From assembly GCF_000150275.1 (NCBI RefSeq), contig NW_002060945.1:6006575-6070574 (forward strand): 64,000 nt of DNA, read 5' to 3'. Of the stretch, positions 28,052 to 42,700 are shown piece by piece (positions within the stretch are counted from its first letter, which is position 1; each line of letters opens with the position of its first letter). This stretch comes from Trichoplax adhaerens (lineage: Eukaryota > Animalia > Placozoa). The notes beneath the pieces are model-generated. The model worked only from the letters and a program-made list of their open reading frames with translations, had not been told where the DNA came from and made no database searches. The position numbers and the translations under genes were made by a program.

Positions 28052-29903
28052 TATTACAGATCATATAATACTTATTAATTTATAGAAACTGTAAACTTGA
28101 GAAATGTTGTATTATACTGTTATACACAAACATCAACAATCTTTAGCGCTCTTATCAAGCGTCCTTCATGATTACCGATATCAAATACAAGTATTTTCAG
28201 TAAATGCACCAAACGACAAAACAGAGTTAGGAAGAATTATAATTATTATTACCAAGATTCATAAATATGATACTAATGAATCAGATAAATTTGTAAGTTC
28301 GAATTCTGTACAGTCTAAATGATGGATGAACTTATTTGCCATTACTTAAAGTATCAGTTTATGCAGATTAATTAATTAATTATATACATTATATATATAA
28401 ATATATATGAATTACATATAATTACAGGTGAAGGTAATTAGTTACTCACACTGTTATCATAGTAAATCTATTAATAAAATATGCTCAAATATTTATGATT
28501 AATTTGATATAGACAGAACTCCGATATCGTATTATTACTGACTATATAAGACTATTTTCCTAGCTATAAATCCGCTAAATGGCTATTAAGAATAGTTAAC
28601 CTTCTGTAAGCATTATGTTGTAGCTTTAAATAATTAGAGTTACTTAATTAACGTGTTTGTTGGAGTAATTGTATGAGTACGTAGTTGACTACAGCATCAC
28701 TATTGTTTACAGTTAATACTATCTTACAAAGTGTATAGTTCATTTTATGCATGAACTAAAACCTCACGATAATAACCCAAAGTATGAGCGTTGTAGGTGC
28801 TTTTCAAAAAGCAGAAGGTAAATTTCGAATCTTTATGAAATAGGATACACAGAATCGATCCCTTAAACTTCAATAATTAATAAAGTAGTATATTGTGATT
28901 ACATACCACTGTTACTCTGAGTATGATAGACAAGCACAGTACTCGTACGCATAATTCATACACTAGGCCTTTCATAATTCTCTTAGTATTCTCGACGCTA
29001 CCTATGGATGCCCACCTCTAGATAGTGTACTGTATACTAATAAATATACATTTGCATGCAAGTCTATTATCAATTTGATTACGTGGTAAATTTGTCCAAT
29101 TTCACTTATAAAAATATCTTTTGCTATAAAGGTTTAAGTTACTGCCGATTTGAAATTAATATTAATAATATTAAGGGAACTAGTACAGTAATTACTGTAT
29201 AATACTGTTACTACAGTTTCTGCCTGCATTTGCATATTATTGTTTTATATAGTAGTGAGGCACTATTCAATACTGTGTGGGGTGGTTTAGTACCGTGCGG
29301 TAATGAGTACCTTTCATTTGTAGTAGTCCCAGATACAGTACGAAGTAAATCATCCCATAAACTGTATCATAGCAACAGCGCAAGCAGAGTATCTATGAAT
29401 GTTTTGTTAAACTGTGAAAACAAAATATGAATAACTTCTATAGAAGACTGCAATTCTGCAAATACATCATAGAGAATAAAGTGTAAATTTATCCGCTGTA
29501 TGCGTTAGTACACGAGTACATAGGTACATACAGTTGTAAAATTAATCCTTACTAATAGTGCAGTACCAACCTGATACTCGATGATCAGTTTACATTTTAT
29601 ATGAACTTCAAGGATACTATGTGCTAGACTGTGATTTCGAATTTCTGGGATACCTATACGGAATAATTACATAAAAACAAGTAAGTAATGATTGATAGTT
29701 TTTTAACTTAAAAGACCAGAAATCGTGTAAGTGCTAAACTATCATGTTAAGACGATTGCAAATTTAAATTCATTACATCAGCTAGTTCAATAACATATTT
29801 AAAGCACATCTTTCGTAGTAATTTCTTTAAATATGAAATAATTGACGCTTGGAATATTTCTAAACTCGATATTATAGGGATTGTAATATCCGTAAGCAGT
29901 ATA

Positions 29904-31475
29904 ATGGAAGCAAAAGAGGGTGTTGAAATAAGCAGTCGGGAATCGAACGATCTTGGAGCGTTATCTGAAGAACAGCAACAGAAATTGGATCAATTGAAAG
30001 TCAGTAATATATAGATAGTAACCGCCTATAGATAAATTTTTCCTTCAAATTATACAGCATTATTATTTAGAAAACGACTCGTTACAATTTGATTTCATAA
30101 AGTTATCTTGTTTCTATAATTATTATAATTTAATAGATTAAAATCAGACAAGAGAACGAACATTATTTTCGGAAGCATCCAGAAATACAGCTAATGACAG
30201 CTGGTGTAATGAGGTAATTTCCTTCTAGATTAACCATGAGGCTATCGATTATATTTACATTCTAGTATGAAGCTCTAAAGTAAAATTGATAGCTAAAAGG
30301 TACTTACACTACGAAAATTACCGAGATTGTACTGTCTTCATCACGAAGGCAATATGCGACTCGAGCATAATACTGTATTACAGTAATATAAAATAGTATT
30401 TAATACTTTGAAATACTGACATACTATAGATCAGACTTCATAGAATTATGCTATACAACTCATTAAATAAAGGATGTATCTACCGTATGCACATTATTTT
30501 TTATCGCATTTTATGCAATCTGTTTGAAAATAGTGTTTATGAAAGCTGTAATTTTTTGCACCGTCGGCGTTGTAAATCGTGAACACATAGTTAGTCCCCA
30601 ATATTTCGAGTATCTTCATAAAAGTGAAAAGAGAATTATAATGGAATAAGAGCAAGAAAGACACTTCTTTACATTAGCAGTTTATCGACATTTACATCAG
30701 AAATCAAATACGTAGTGGCAATTGCATCGTCAAAACGTTCAGAATAATCGTTTTATTGCGCTCAATAGACTGATTCTTTACATTTGCTTTTCATCAGTAT
30801 TTATGTGAAATTTATATCTTCTAACGATATAAGTTTATTGATTGCAACTATAGGCAGCTTCATAGCTTAATTATTAGTCTATTTATAGAAATTATGCCCA
30901 TAACTTTAAACAACAACAAATTTGGATCATTTGCAACCTTCGTATTATAGATGTGCAGTACAAGCAAAGTTATTTACTGTTCATTAAAGTATAGTTATTA
31001 ATTGACATAAACTTACTACAGCAGGTGCATTTTAATAGGTACAACTTTATTCAGTCTTTTATACTTTAAGTTATGCTCAATAAATCAATTATTATTAATT
31101 TCTTCTCAGGGACATTCTCAACAAGCAGCCAGATGATCCACAGACTTTTATTGCATGTAAGAGCGTCAGATTCAATATTGTACTCCATTCATTTGCAATG
31201 TATTAATTATCGTAATCGAGAAACCAGCAATATACGCGTATTATACTGTATCAAGTTATCCTTTTACTTTATTCTATTTAGCCTACATTAAGTTACGATA
31301 TCACGACTATCTTATATTGTGAATTTAATTTCTATATATTTTCGCTGAGGACTTAAGTTTCGCTTTTATTTTAGCTTATTTTACAGACCCAACACTAAAC
31401 GGTAGGATTAGTAACCAAGTACAAGAAAGATCATTAAATATTAGGAGAAACAGCCGCAAGTTATTGAATAAATAA
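29904..31475 (+). CDS. RIIAD1: RIIa domain-containing protein 1 (106 aa), absent from the ORF track
   Basis: Exons 29904-29999, 30137-30213, 31110-31156, 31375-31475 give ...DLGALSEEQQQKLDQLKIKIRQENEHYFRKHPEIQLMTAGVMRDILNKQPDDPQTFIASYFTDPTL..., matching the RIIAD1 pattern GALS..Q...K..R..NE.Y.R.H.E...P......A.YFTDP.L. Confidence 0.85.
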
Positions 31476-32238
31476 TCTGCTATCCTCAACTATTGAAGTG
31501 ATTGTACTGTCGTATCAATTATATAAATATTGGCTATGAATGCATAGAATACGATAAACTGATATGCAATATAACAAGGTAGTATACTGAATTTGCATTG
31601 TACAATATTACAATTATAGCCTACGTATGAAATGTAAAATGTACGGTAATGTCGTGTATCGTAAGATATGATGATACTGAATTACTGATGCTCTTTTAAT
31701 TTTCTGATGGCATATATATAATTACATGTAATCTAATTAAAATAGAATCAATTATAATTATTACGATTGAATAATTCCAGTGTATTGCTTTTCCGTTCAT
31801 CTAAAACTTTACATTATACCAAATAAATTAAGCACATGTATATTTCTATTTTAGCGATTTTTTATTAGTAATGATTAGCTTTGCATTTATATAGTGAATA
31901 TCCGCGAATTTAAGTTGGGTGTGATGCATAATATAAAATATAGATTATAGTATGCGCGTACGCGTATGAAGGGTCGTTTGGGGTTGTTTTATTATAGTGC
32001 ATAGTCATTCTCGAAGAAGTAGATAAAAAAAAGCATGCCTATTATCTCATCGTACTCTAACTATTGTACGATTATAAAGCATGTTATACCTGATAAATGA
32101 ATATTTTAACAATTCATCTACCTATTAAGTTTCATCTCCCATGGAATTCACGTCTGACCTGAAGTTGATAGTCAAATTATTATCTCTATCTATACTATAC
32201 AGTATATTCATATTTGACTGTCCGAATTTTGTACTTTG

Positions 32239-32660
32239 CAAGAAACTGACATACTGTATATATCCTGTATACTGATCGTGAGTAATTTATTCACCGGTCT
32301 TGTAGTTATTCTACAGTATATTAAATAACATGACACAGTACTCGTACTGACAGTCTATCACAATCAGAACGTGAAATAATCACTTACTCCATATAGTACG
32401 TATGAATTTAAGGAGTATGATATTATGATCGTATGAATTCTATATGTTCTTACAAGAAATTGACGTATATATCCCGTACACTGATCGTGAGTAATTTATT
32501 CGCCGGTCTTGTAGTTATTCTACGCTATATTACATAACATGACACAGTACACGTACTGACAGTCTATCACAATCAGAACGTGAAATAATCACTTACTCCA
32601 TATAGTACGTATGAATTTAAGGAATATGATATTATGATCGTATGAATTCTATATGTTCTT
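32239..32660. repeat. ~210-bp two-copy tandem duplication (unit A)
   Basis: caagaaa(c/t)tgac...actgatcgtgagtaatttatt...gtatgaattctatatgttctt at ~32239-32452 and ~32453-32660. Confidence 0.92.
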
Positions 32661-33205
32661 GCTACCCACTCTACAACTTTCTGTGTATGCTACAAACAAG
32701 GACTTCTAAACGAAAAGAGAGTGTATCAAGGATTTTGGGGTTATGTTCAGGCACTCGGAGCTACTTTGTGCTACTGTTGTGTGATCTTCACTCTCCGTTT
32801 AGTCTGTTGCATACTATTATGTGTAGTGTTGCGGGCCCCTCTAGCCCTAGAGTTCTAGTCATACAGCGCATATACAGTACTGTACACAGTACAGTACAGT
32901 ACAGTATGGTGACCATTTTTACCTCTGTAAGGAATATGATATTATGATCATATGAATTCTATATATATAACATATATATGTTCTTACTACCAACTCTACA
33001 ACTTTCTGTGTATACTACAAACAAGCACTTCCAAACGAAAAGAGAATGTATCAAGGATTTTGGGCTATGCTCAGTAATGCTCAGGCACTCGGAGCTTCTT
33101 TGTGCTATTGTTGTCTGCTCTTCACTCTCGGTTTAGTCTGTTGCATACTAATATGTTTAGTGTTGTAAGCCCTTCTAGCCCCTAGAGTCTAGTCATACAG
33201 CGCAT
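32619..33205. repeat. ~255-280-bp two-copy direct duplication (unit B), overlapping unit A, upstream of NCLN
   Basis: aaggaatatgatattatgatc...ctagtcatacagcgcat at ~32619-32871 and ~32929-33205. Confidence 0.9.
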
Positions 33206-33250
33206 GTACATGGCCCATCAAGGCTACAAGCTACAGTGCGCCTAGTGCTT

Positions 33251-33364
33251 TACAGTATACAGTACTGTACTTGTACTGTATGTACTGTACGTACTGTACA
33301 GTACAGTCCACTCAGTGTACAGTACAGCATTGTAATGGATGTACAGTACAGTACAGTACAGTAC
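33251..33364. repeat. TACAG/CTGTA pentamer array upstream of NCLN
   Basis: Includes gtacagtacagtacagtacagtac (33341-33364) and inverted tactgta runs. Confidence 0.85.
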
Positions 33365-33528
33365 GCATAGAGCTGCATATTCGTGTTCACTTCCCTTTCC
33401 TTCAGCCATTCAGGCCAGGTCGCAAGAAATTGCAATCCCTTGACTAGTAGATGCCTAACCAGTTCCGCTGATTGCTTTATATTGCTCTTGCTTTCGTCTG
33501 GCTAACTACAAAAACAAGCTTTACACTC

Positions 33529-36500
33529 ATGTTCATGGCCAAGGATGCAATGATGATGAGTTGGACAAAGACATTGACAGCCTTCCTTACAGCTGTCGTG
33601 ATTGTAATGTCTTGTATGACTCCATGTGATGGCTCATATGCTTTTCAAGCTTTTCGAATGCAGCAATATCAATTGCATGGAGTATCTTATGGTATTACCT
33701 TGAATAATATTGATATTTAAATCCTGTTTTTGACCGTTTTAACTTTTCCTCATGATGACAATGATTAATCTTGATTATCTATGCTTAATACCCTTCTTTC
33801 TTTTTGAAAAGATTGAATTCATGATGCCTTTTTTATTGCAATTTTATAAATCAATCAAACCATTCAATTGGAATTCAACTTTGTTTTTAACAGGCTGTAA
33901 AAGTGCTCTTGTCAATATGGAAGTACGTTTAGCAAATTCCGATTTAATTCTGCGCCGATGCATTTTTATACGTATAGCCGATTTGACTATTGATAAATTT
34001 CAAGCCCTAATCAATAATGGGGCTGGAGCGATAGTTGTACTATTACCGTCCGAATTCTACACCTCACCCATGGAAAATAGAAAGGTATGCACACTGTACA
34101 AATAGTGCTGGCTGCGCTAGATTGAATATTGGCCTAATGATTATTTCATAAAGGTTAACAAATACCTCTGTAGTAGCATAGTATGCTTGGTTCTAACACT
34201 GATCAATAATCCTACCTAAGGCTTCATTAGACATCGATTCGGTAGAATGTCAACTAGTAGGAGACTTTTCAATTTACAACCTACTCTATCGGCATAATGT
34301 AAACTTTAAAGTGATTCCAATGAACCTACAACCTCTCCAACAATTGCTATATTAATCATAATTATAAACTAGGTATCGTAGCACTGGAAAATAATTCTTT
34401 TACAGTAATACGATATGTACATTATACCTTTGTTTAGTCTCTACGACTATGCGACAAAAGATTATGGCTAAAACTTTGACCAATAAGCATTTTATTCCTT
34501 ATTTTCTCTTTATCAAAGCTGCTGGCTTTTGAGAAAAAATGTATTCATCTGTGTCTGTGTGCAAATACAGTAGCTTATATAATAAATTTATCGCCTTGTA
34601 GGACTGGCTGGAATTAGAGCACCAAATTATGGAAGAAGAAGTGCCCGTACCAGTGTATTTCACCGTTGAAGATGCAAACTTAACATCGATATATACAGAA
34701 ATACAACAGTCTGCAGATGCCACTTCTGGATCGACAGCAATAGCAGGTAATAATCCCTATTTACTATTGTTCATATAGTCAAGAACGTCACGTGAAAATT
34801 TGTCCTATTTTATGCTAACTCTTAAATTATCAAATAGAAGATTGAACTGCAGTACTAACATTTACATTTCAATTAATTCAATTTATCTTTAATTCTTCGT
34901 AGCCATTCTTGATTCCGTTGCAAGCTTTGGTTACCAAATCTACAGTGATGGTAAAGAATCTAAACCAGACAGCGATGCAAAATTAGTCAATTTTTACGTA
35001 AGTTATTTATTTAGAGCGTTTCTCAATATATTATAGTAAAACATGCATACTACAATATATAATTTAGTACTTTAATATCACGTATATTACAATGATACTT
35101 TGGCTAGTTAAGCTTTCCATTTAGTGATAAATAATAATAAAGGGCTATGTCTGCTTATGTATCATTCTAGGGCAAGCTGATAGGATTTGGTATAGAAGAA
35201 CAACTTCCTACTATAGCATTTGTAACACACTACGATTCTTTTGGAATCGCACCTGTAAGACTGTTTAACAATTTGAGCTTATGTAACTATTCTTTCCATG
35301 AAATACGGTTTATTTTTTAAAACTGCGCCTTTGATAGACATAGATAGTGATGAACAACATCTCAGTGCTGCAAGTAAAGCAGTTACATAAAATTAGGAAC
35401 CATTAATGCAATATATAAAATCTATTCTAACTATCAATTATACTATTACATGATTATTTGAAATATCACTTCTGCAACTCTAGATTCATTGTTGATACTT
35501 AAGAGTTACTTTATGTCGTTAATAACTTATTTCAATTGCTTCTGTAACACGAATAGGGACTGGCGTACGGTTATGATACTAACGGTAGTGGTGTTGTTGC
35601 TCTTTTAGAACTTGCTCGATTATTTTCAAGGTTTTATTTGCTTCGATCAATGATAGTGTTTAAGAGTTTTAAGTTTAATTATTTACCTAATTCCATATTC
35701 TGTATATTTCAGTATGTATAAATCTGGGAAAATGCGATCAAGGTATGATTTCTTGTGAAGAATAAGTTTACTGATGTATAGCGATAAATAGTATTGACGC
35801 TCACATATCTTCTATTAGATACAACTTACTCTTTGTCCTCACGGCGGGTGGAAATTTCAATTATCACGGAACAAAAAAGTGGATTGAAGAAGAATTAGAT
35901 TCTGCAGGTATTAGTGTAGATTGATAAATGGAAAGAGATACGTACTATGATGTAATCTCCGCTGAATCCTTTGTGACCTAGATTCCAACCTATTGACCGA
36001 CGTTGACTACGTTGTATGTATCGATTCCATTGGTCGTTCAGAAAATTTACATCTCCATGTATCGAAACCACCTAAGGAAGATACTGCTGGTTATGCTCTT
36101 GTAAAGGTTAATTTATATACGTGATTAGCATTATTTTTGTGAAGTCTACACGCTAATATCAGCAAGTACTATATCATGAACCGTTATAGGAATTCAAACA
36201 AACTGCTGAAATGCTTGGTATCAACTTCACGATGATACATAAGAAGATTAACTTAGGAGAGGATTTGCTTTCCTGGGAGCATGAAAGATTTTCACTCAGA
36301 CGTCTGCCTGCCGGAACAATCTCACACTTTAATCATCACGTAGATAAAGGACGGCGAACTATCTCGGATACTAGGTCAGCATTAGTGGTCTAAGCGATCA
36401 TGTAATAGTTAACTTGTTATCATGCTATTGTAATAATTTATAGCTAATCAGCACCTTCTCACGGCAGATTCGAAGCCAATGTTGATATCATTGAGAAAAA

Positions 36501-37657
36501 TGTAAAATTTATTGGAGAATCTGTTGCACGCTATATATTTAACCTTTCATCTCAGGTAAATTTTAATGAAATATTTTATAGTTCACTCTTTATCTCGCTG
36601 ATAATTATAACTTCAGTCATAACCCTACCTTTTAAGAATCTCCTACTTTTATCGTTACTTGTAGCTACAAGAGCAGCAATTTCAATTATTAACAGATGAA
36701 CTGGTTTGTGCTGAATTAATACATATGTATAGTGACTGCTTCATCTAACGCATATTTGATGGTTAAACGATATTGCATGCTACCTATTTAATGCAAATTT
36801 GTACAATTTCTATTTAAGTCATTACATCGTGATTTCATCGAAACCTGGATGCATCAACTTACAAAGCAGCCCAGAGGAGCGCAATTATTCGGAAAAGATC
36901 ATAATTTATTGAATGCTTTTGAACAGGTACCATAAGATTTTAACTTATTATTTCTGTCCGCCGAGTAAAATTTTTACACTTTAATTTTATTACTGCTTAG
37001 GTCATGACAGCCCACCTAAAAGATGTGAAAAAAATTATCATGCGCCCTGATAAAAAGTACAATTAATTTTTGATCAATAAATTAAAGTTACTGCATATAA
37101 CTATAATGATTTATTGATGATTATATAGTATTTTCTGCGTAATACTTTACTTAATTAATAACGTGAACGTACTAATAAAAAAATGTTTCAAATGTTGCAT
37201 AGGGACCCGGAATTCATATTTTATGATTCTTCACTAATGCAGTTACATGCATACAGGTAATATTTAGCTAATAAGCTCTTGTACAAGATACCTTGTTGAA
37301 TATATTAATGAAACAATCATTACATGTGACATTGACTGAATTTTTACGATTACACCATTGGTAGGGTCAAGCCAGCTTTATTTGATCTCTTCCTAGCTGT
37401 TGGAATTGCCGCATATGTTGGGATTGTATATCTCATCGTTCAGGTGATACTAATTACCAAATACATCACTCCCTAAAAGTCTCGCGATATGTGTATTAAT
37501 CGTCTAAAAAATGTTTTGGTCTAAAATACACCTGATATCACTCTTATTAACCTTAACCTTAATAACTAATTTCTGTCATTTGTTTCAATAGAATATGCCA
37601 ACTGTTGCTGGAATTCTGGCCTATTTTGCGATTAAGTCAAAATCAAAATCAGATTAA
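33529..37657 (+). CDS. NCLN: Nicalin (M28-fold ER membrane protein of the NCLN-NOMO-TMEM147 complex)
   Basis: Signal peptide, then [102 protein letters not shown] plus a TM helix, ending KSKSD* (KxKxx). The start could be any of several Mets at 33529-33558. Confidence 0.93.
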
Positions 37658-39254
37658 TGTAAAGTACGAATCCCTTAAATTAATCTGTTTAGTAAGTTAC
37701 GAATATTTCCGAGCTATCTGCTGTACTTTTTTATCCTTATGCGATAAGTGTAAATGATCACTACTGTTGTGGTACTTTTGTTATTGCAAATTTTTGTATA
37801 CAACCGAAACTATAAAACTACTTTGCATGCAGATAATTGTTTTACATAAATATTTAAAGCTGGAAAATGTTATACAGTGACATACACAGCTACGAGGGGA
37901 ATAAAATTGGACTACCGGAAGTAAAAATTATCTATTACTATGAAAGTCTACTCCGGCAGATGATCCGTATCTCGATAGATTTGAATCGTTACTGTGAACG
38001 CGATGACAATAAGTTCTGAATATGCGTTCAGGACTTTATCTCTATAAATTATAATTACTATAAGAGTGCGCTTATCCTATATAAGCAATGCAGTAAATAC
38101 CACTGCCTCCTCTATATCTCTGGCAGTAGTTCTACTTTCAGCATTTTAAGATAATTAATTGCAGAAAATTTATTAAAACAGCACGTATACAGGTTTGTGG
38201 GCAAATCTCATTATATATATATATCGGCCATTACGCGTATTGGCCAACTTCGGACATTGGCCGTAACCTATATGTACGCGTATGCTGTACTTCAGCGTTG
38301 TTAATAGAGTAGTCTAATTGCCTAACTTGATTCATTTTTTTGAGGCTATATACGGTGGTATGTGTACAATATTAATGAACAGCGTACTTGTACGTGTACC
38401 GTAGCTGGATATTGAACGATGATTAGTCATATTATGTTAGTAATAAAAGCCTCCAGCTAGAAGAAATCTTCGATGTTAACTAAATAATCGCCTCAATAGT
38501 TAATTTACAAGATTGAGAGTCTTGATTGTATCAATTGCACAAGACCCTGCAATAACAGCATAGTGTGTATTAGAGGTTCGGGTAGTGGTACAATATTGTT
38601 CATTGACATTTCTTAGATTTGGATAATCTTAAAGGCATGATCGGCCAGGCCAATCTTTGGACTAACGAGTAATACATACTGTATACTAGTATATCTACCC
38701 ACTCCTTCATCTGTGTTGTTCTTTGCAAAACAAAGCAAACAGCAATATCTTAAAACAGATAAATACATGGTTACTGCCTTGGAGTACCTGGATGGACTAG
38801 AACATTCCTTAGGATTATCCAATTCTAAATGTAGTCATACGTATGGACTCAACACTATTCGCTTCGTACATACAGTAATCGTATCGATGAGATCATAACT
38901 ACGCGTATTTACATACAATATAGAATGTCAATACTGATCTCTGATCAGAACCACGTCTATTTTGCCAGAAACTACAATAGTAGGAAAAAAAGATTTATAA
39001 AATCTACTGTCGTAGACTCAACACACATTCTACCCTGAGTATAGTATGACTACATGAAGCATTCCTTAAAGCGTTCGGCGCTTGTGGGAGTTTGAGGGTT
39101 GTACAATGGACACCATCAAGTTGGTAGTATCAAATGTATAGCATTAAATGCTGTGCAACTTTTCTTACTCACATGATTTTGACTACAATAGCAAAAGCCA
39201 TGCACCCCTGCTGCGTGTTTACAAAGATACAGTAACTGGACGCAAAGGATATGA

Positions 39255-39576
39255 CAGGGCCTACTAAAAAAAGAGACGGAAGAGGAAACGGTTGTTCACT
39301 CTAGTAATAATTTGGTGGCTGATTATTTTACTGGTCATTCCAACTGTATCGCATGTCTGTAATAGTACAGTACAGACACTATCCTGTCCGCGATTGATAT
39401 CCAAATTAGCTGCTATTAGCCCGCTAGTTGGTTTGAATTAGTTTTAACATTTAAGCAGTATAATACAGTATACAGTTTCCTCGGTAGCGTATAGTAAAAT
39501 CACCCCCCAAAATAATAAGCCTCTATATTATTTTGCACTGAAGCCGTCTCCTGCCCCTTCTTTTTAGTAGTCCATG
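39255..39576. mobile_element. Degenerate MITE-like element with CAGGG(A/C)CTACTAAAAA terminal inverted repeats
   Basis: Left end is cagggcctactaaaaa; the reverse complement of the right end is catggactactaaaaa. Weaker inverted similarity extends ~80 bp inward. No clear TSD. Confidence 0.5.
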
Positions 39577-39759
39577 ACATGGCCTATTATTAATTAAGTA
39601 AACACAAGAGGTGAAGAGGTAACAGCGTACGTACAGTGCAGTACCGTGTTGACAAAACCCCTGACAGCACAGCAGTAGTAAGTAGCTACCGTTGTGGACA
39701 GGTTGTCATTTAATTATCATCCAAGTTGTTGATCCGTACACGGGAAAAAAAAATCTACA

Positions 39760-42700
39760 ATGGCTTCTCCTTTCAGCCCAAATCCAGAGATCAAGTACAC
39801 TAAAGTAATTGCAATAAAGATAGTCGATAATATGTCAATGATTAGTTAATTGGAGATTGTTTGACATTATCAATTAACATTGTTTAAGATTTCTTTTTCT
39901 AAGACCTTGTGCCGTACTTGTCTAGACCTTTTTCTTGTCTTTATTCCATCCGGCTTATTAATTTAAGCGGATAGGCATCAATAACACTTAGATGGACTCG
40001 ACTAGTTTTTACAATGTTAGATTAAGGCTATCTATTCACTCCACAGTTGTTATTGCTTTTTGTAGATATTCATTAATAATGAATGGCACGACTCTGTTAG
40101 TGGTAAAACTTTTCCAACTTTTAACCCAGCAACTGGAGAGAAAATTTGCGATATTGCCGAAGGCGATAAGGTATCTCATTTTTTAAAGTATCATATTTAT
40201 TATTTTACTAAACTACAATCAGTAGACATAAACTACGCGTATTAAGTTCATTATAATTGAATGATGATAAAGCGTTCGCATACTACTGTAGTAAAATCGC
40301 CAAACTTGAATGTGGAGATGCTAAGCCGCTTCGCATTTGTAACGACCTACAGTACAGCAATATTATTTTCGTATCAGATATTTCAGTAAAAGTATAAATG
40401 AAATTTATTGCTATCTATCGGTATAAACTATTGTATTCGCACGTTAGTTTTAATTCCATTTTTTCCCAGTTATTAAAGTATCTGAAACGAAATTAAAGAC
40501 ACTGTAGTACGAGATGACTACATCATGTTCAATATGGGCGTGCCAACTCCGAATTAACAAATTATACAGTACTATACGTAACATTAAATTTATTTAGTAA
40601 TAATATTATTAACCGTAAATAATAGTAAGTAGAAAAAAAATCCTTAAGAGTTTGTACCCGCCGTCAGAGCGGATAGTTTTTAGCTTTTAAATAGTATATG
40701 GATATGGATGACTTATTGTAGCACTACTATCCATTATTATCCAACACACTAGTATTTGTACGCAGGGACTACTACTTCCTTTAATAGTCCCTGATTGTAC
40801 GCTACTGTATATCATGAAAGTAGCCCAAAGTTATATGCACGATACACCAACTCAGGCGTGCTCCAAAGAACTGCTAATAGAAATAAGATTATTATTATCT
40901 TTATTGCAAGGTCATGTGTACTTTTTTAGTCCCGTTGATATGCATTCGATTGAACAACTATATCGTAAGAATCTCCTCTAGTAGTGTTCTGTTCAAGTCT
41001 CAATCTACTGCAGTAGTGCATGACATCAGAATATGATTTCGTTGTTTTGAAGAGTATTCAACATGAAAATATAATTCAGTCAAGGTCGCAATGTTAAATA
41101 AATTTTTTACAACTAAGATCCAGCTATATGGTACTCGCATTAAGAGCTGAAAGTAGTTCAATTTTGATTTTTGCATTTATTGTATCGCACTGCAGAGAAT
41201 TATTATGTACCGTCTAATTTACTATGCTTAGTACATTCAAATCACATCATTCATACATGCGTCCGCAGAAATTATATTGAATTATTACTGCCAAGCGAAT
41301 AAAAATACTTCGACTTAATATCTACTTGGGTATTAATAATCTCAGTTACGAGAAAATCATACTCTTAAATACGTAACTTTTGATTGACTTTTTTGATAGG
41401 CTGATATTGATCTTGCGGTTGCTGCAGCCAAGCAAGCCTTCAAGAAAGGAAGTACTTGGCGAACTATGGATGCATCAAAACGTGGTCGCTTGATATCTAA
41501 ATTAGCCGAATTGATGGAAAGAGATCAACAGTACCTAGCGGTAAATACAAAAATTCGTTGATTAAACCTGATAACGTTATTATAAACTGATTTCTACCAT
41601 ATTAAAATCAGTAATAAATCCACTTTTACGACTCGATACAGTATGAAATTGCAGCTCAAATAGTACAAGAGTAATGCATAAAGTATTTTCAATGCAATTT
41701 ATTGTCTATTTACCTAATCCATTCATCGGAATAACTTAAATCATACGTAGTATAAAGAATGGTAATATATTATATAGTACATAGCATGTACGCACTTGCC
41801 TTAGCACTCGACAGCCGATACTGGGATAACACAGTAATTCATGATTTGTTATCGGCATATCGTTATTAATCATTGCTAACGAAAAGGGCTAGTGGCTCTA
41901 TCGATGTTATAGAATCAATCGTTATCATAATATTTATCTTCTTTGAAATGTCTTCAAGCGTGAATATAATCTTATTTACCGTTGTTTGGTGTTAACTTTT
42001 GTTGCTGTAATACTAAACAACAGTCTTTGGAATCCCTCGACAATGGAAAACCAGTCAGAGTAGCCAATTTCGCCGATTTACCGGGAGCGATGCTATGTTT
42101 CAGGTGCGGATTTCAATATCATATCTATTAATGCTATTTGGTATTAAATTAATATAGTACAGTTTATTTTAAAAGACACGTAATTTCGCATATCTATCTT
42201 CTCATGAATACGTACATAGTAGTGCGCTATGAGGATAGTATCAGCGACCTAGTCGCCAATGATGTCCGATATATGCAATCAATCATCATGACATGTGACT
42301 AATATTAATACGATTGCAATTAATCAGTAGAATACTTTCTATCATATTAGGTACTATGCAGGTTGGGCTGATAAAATTCACGGGAAAACCATACCAGTCG
42401 GTAATGTACTGTGTAATATTAATATTATATCGCAATTTATGATAAAAGCATTGAAAATAAACGTATGTTCTCATTCGGAAATTAACACGCAAAGTAACGA
42501 TAAGTCTTATTTGTTGACCTTAGATGGACCTTATATGACTTACACGAGACATGAACCCATTGGAATTTGTGGCCAAATAATTCCGGTAATGAAACATTTT
42601 TATCACTCTATAACTGATGTACTATAAAATTTTAATACTTTGCCTAAAATTCACTTTGAGGATAATCTCAAGCGTATGATTAATTAGCAGGACTCTTTAG

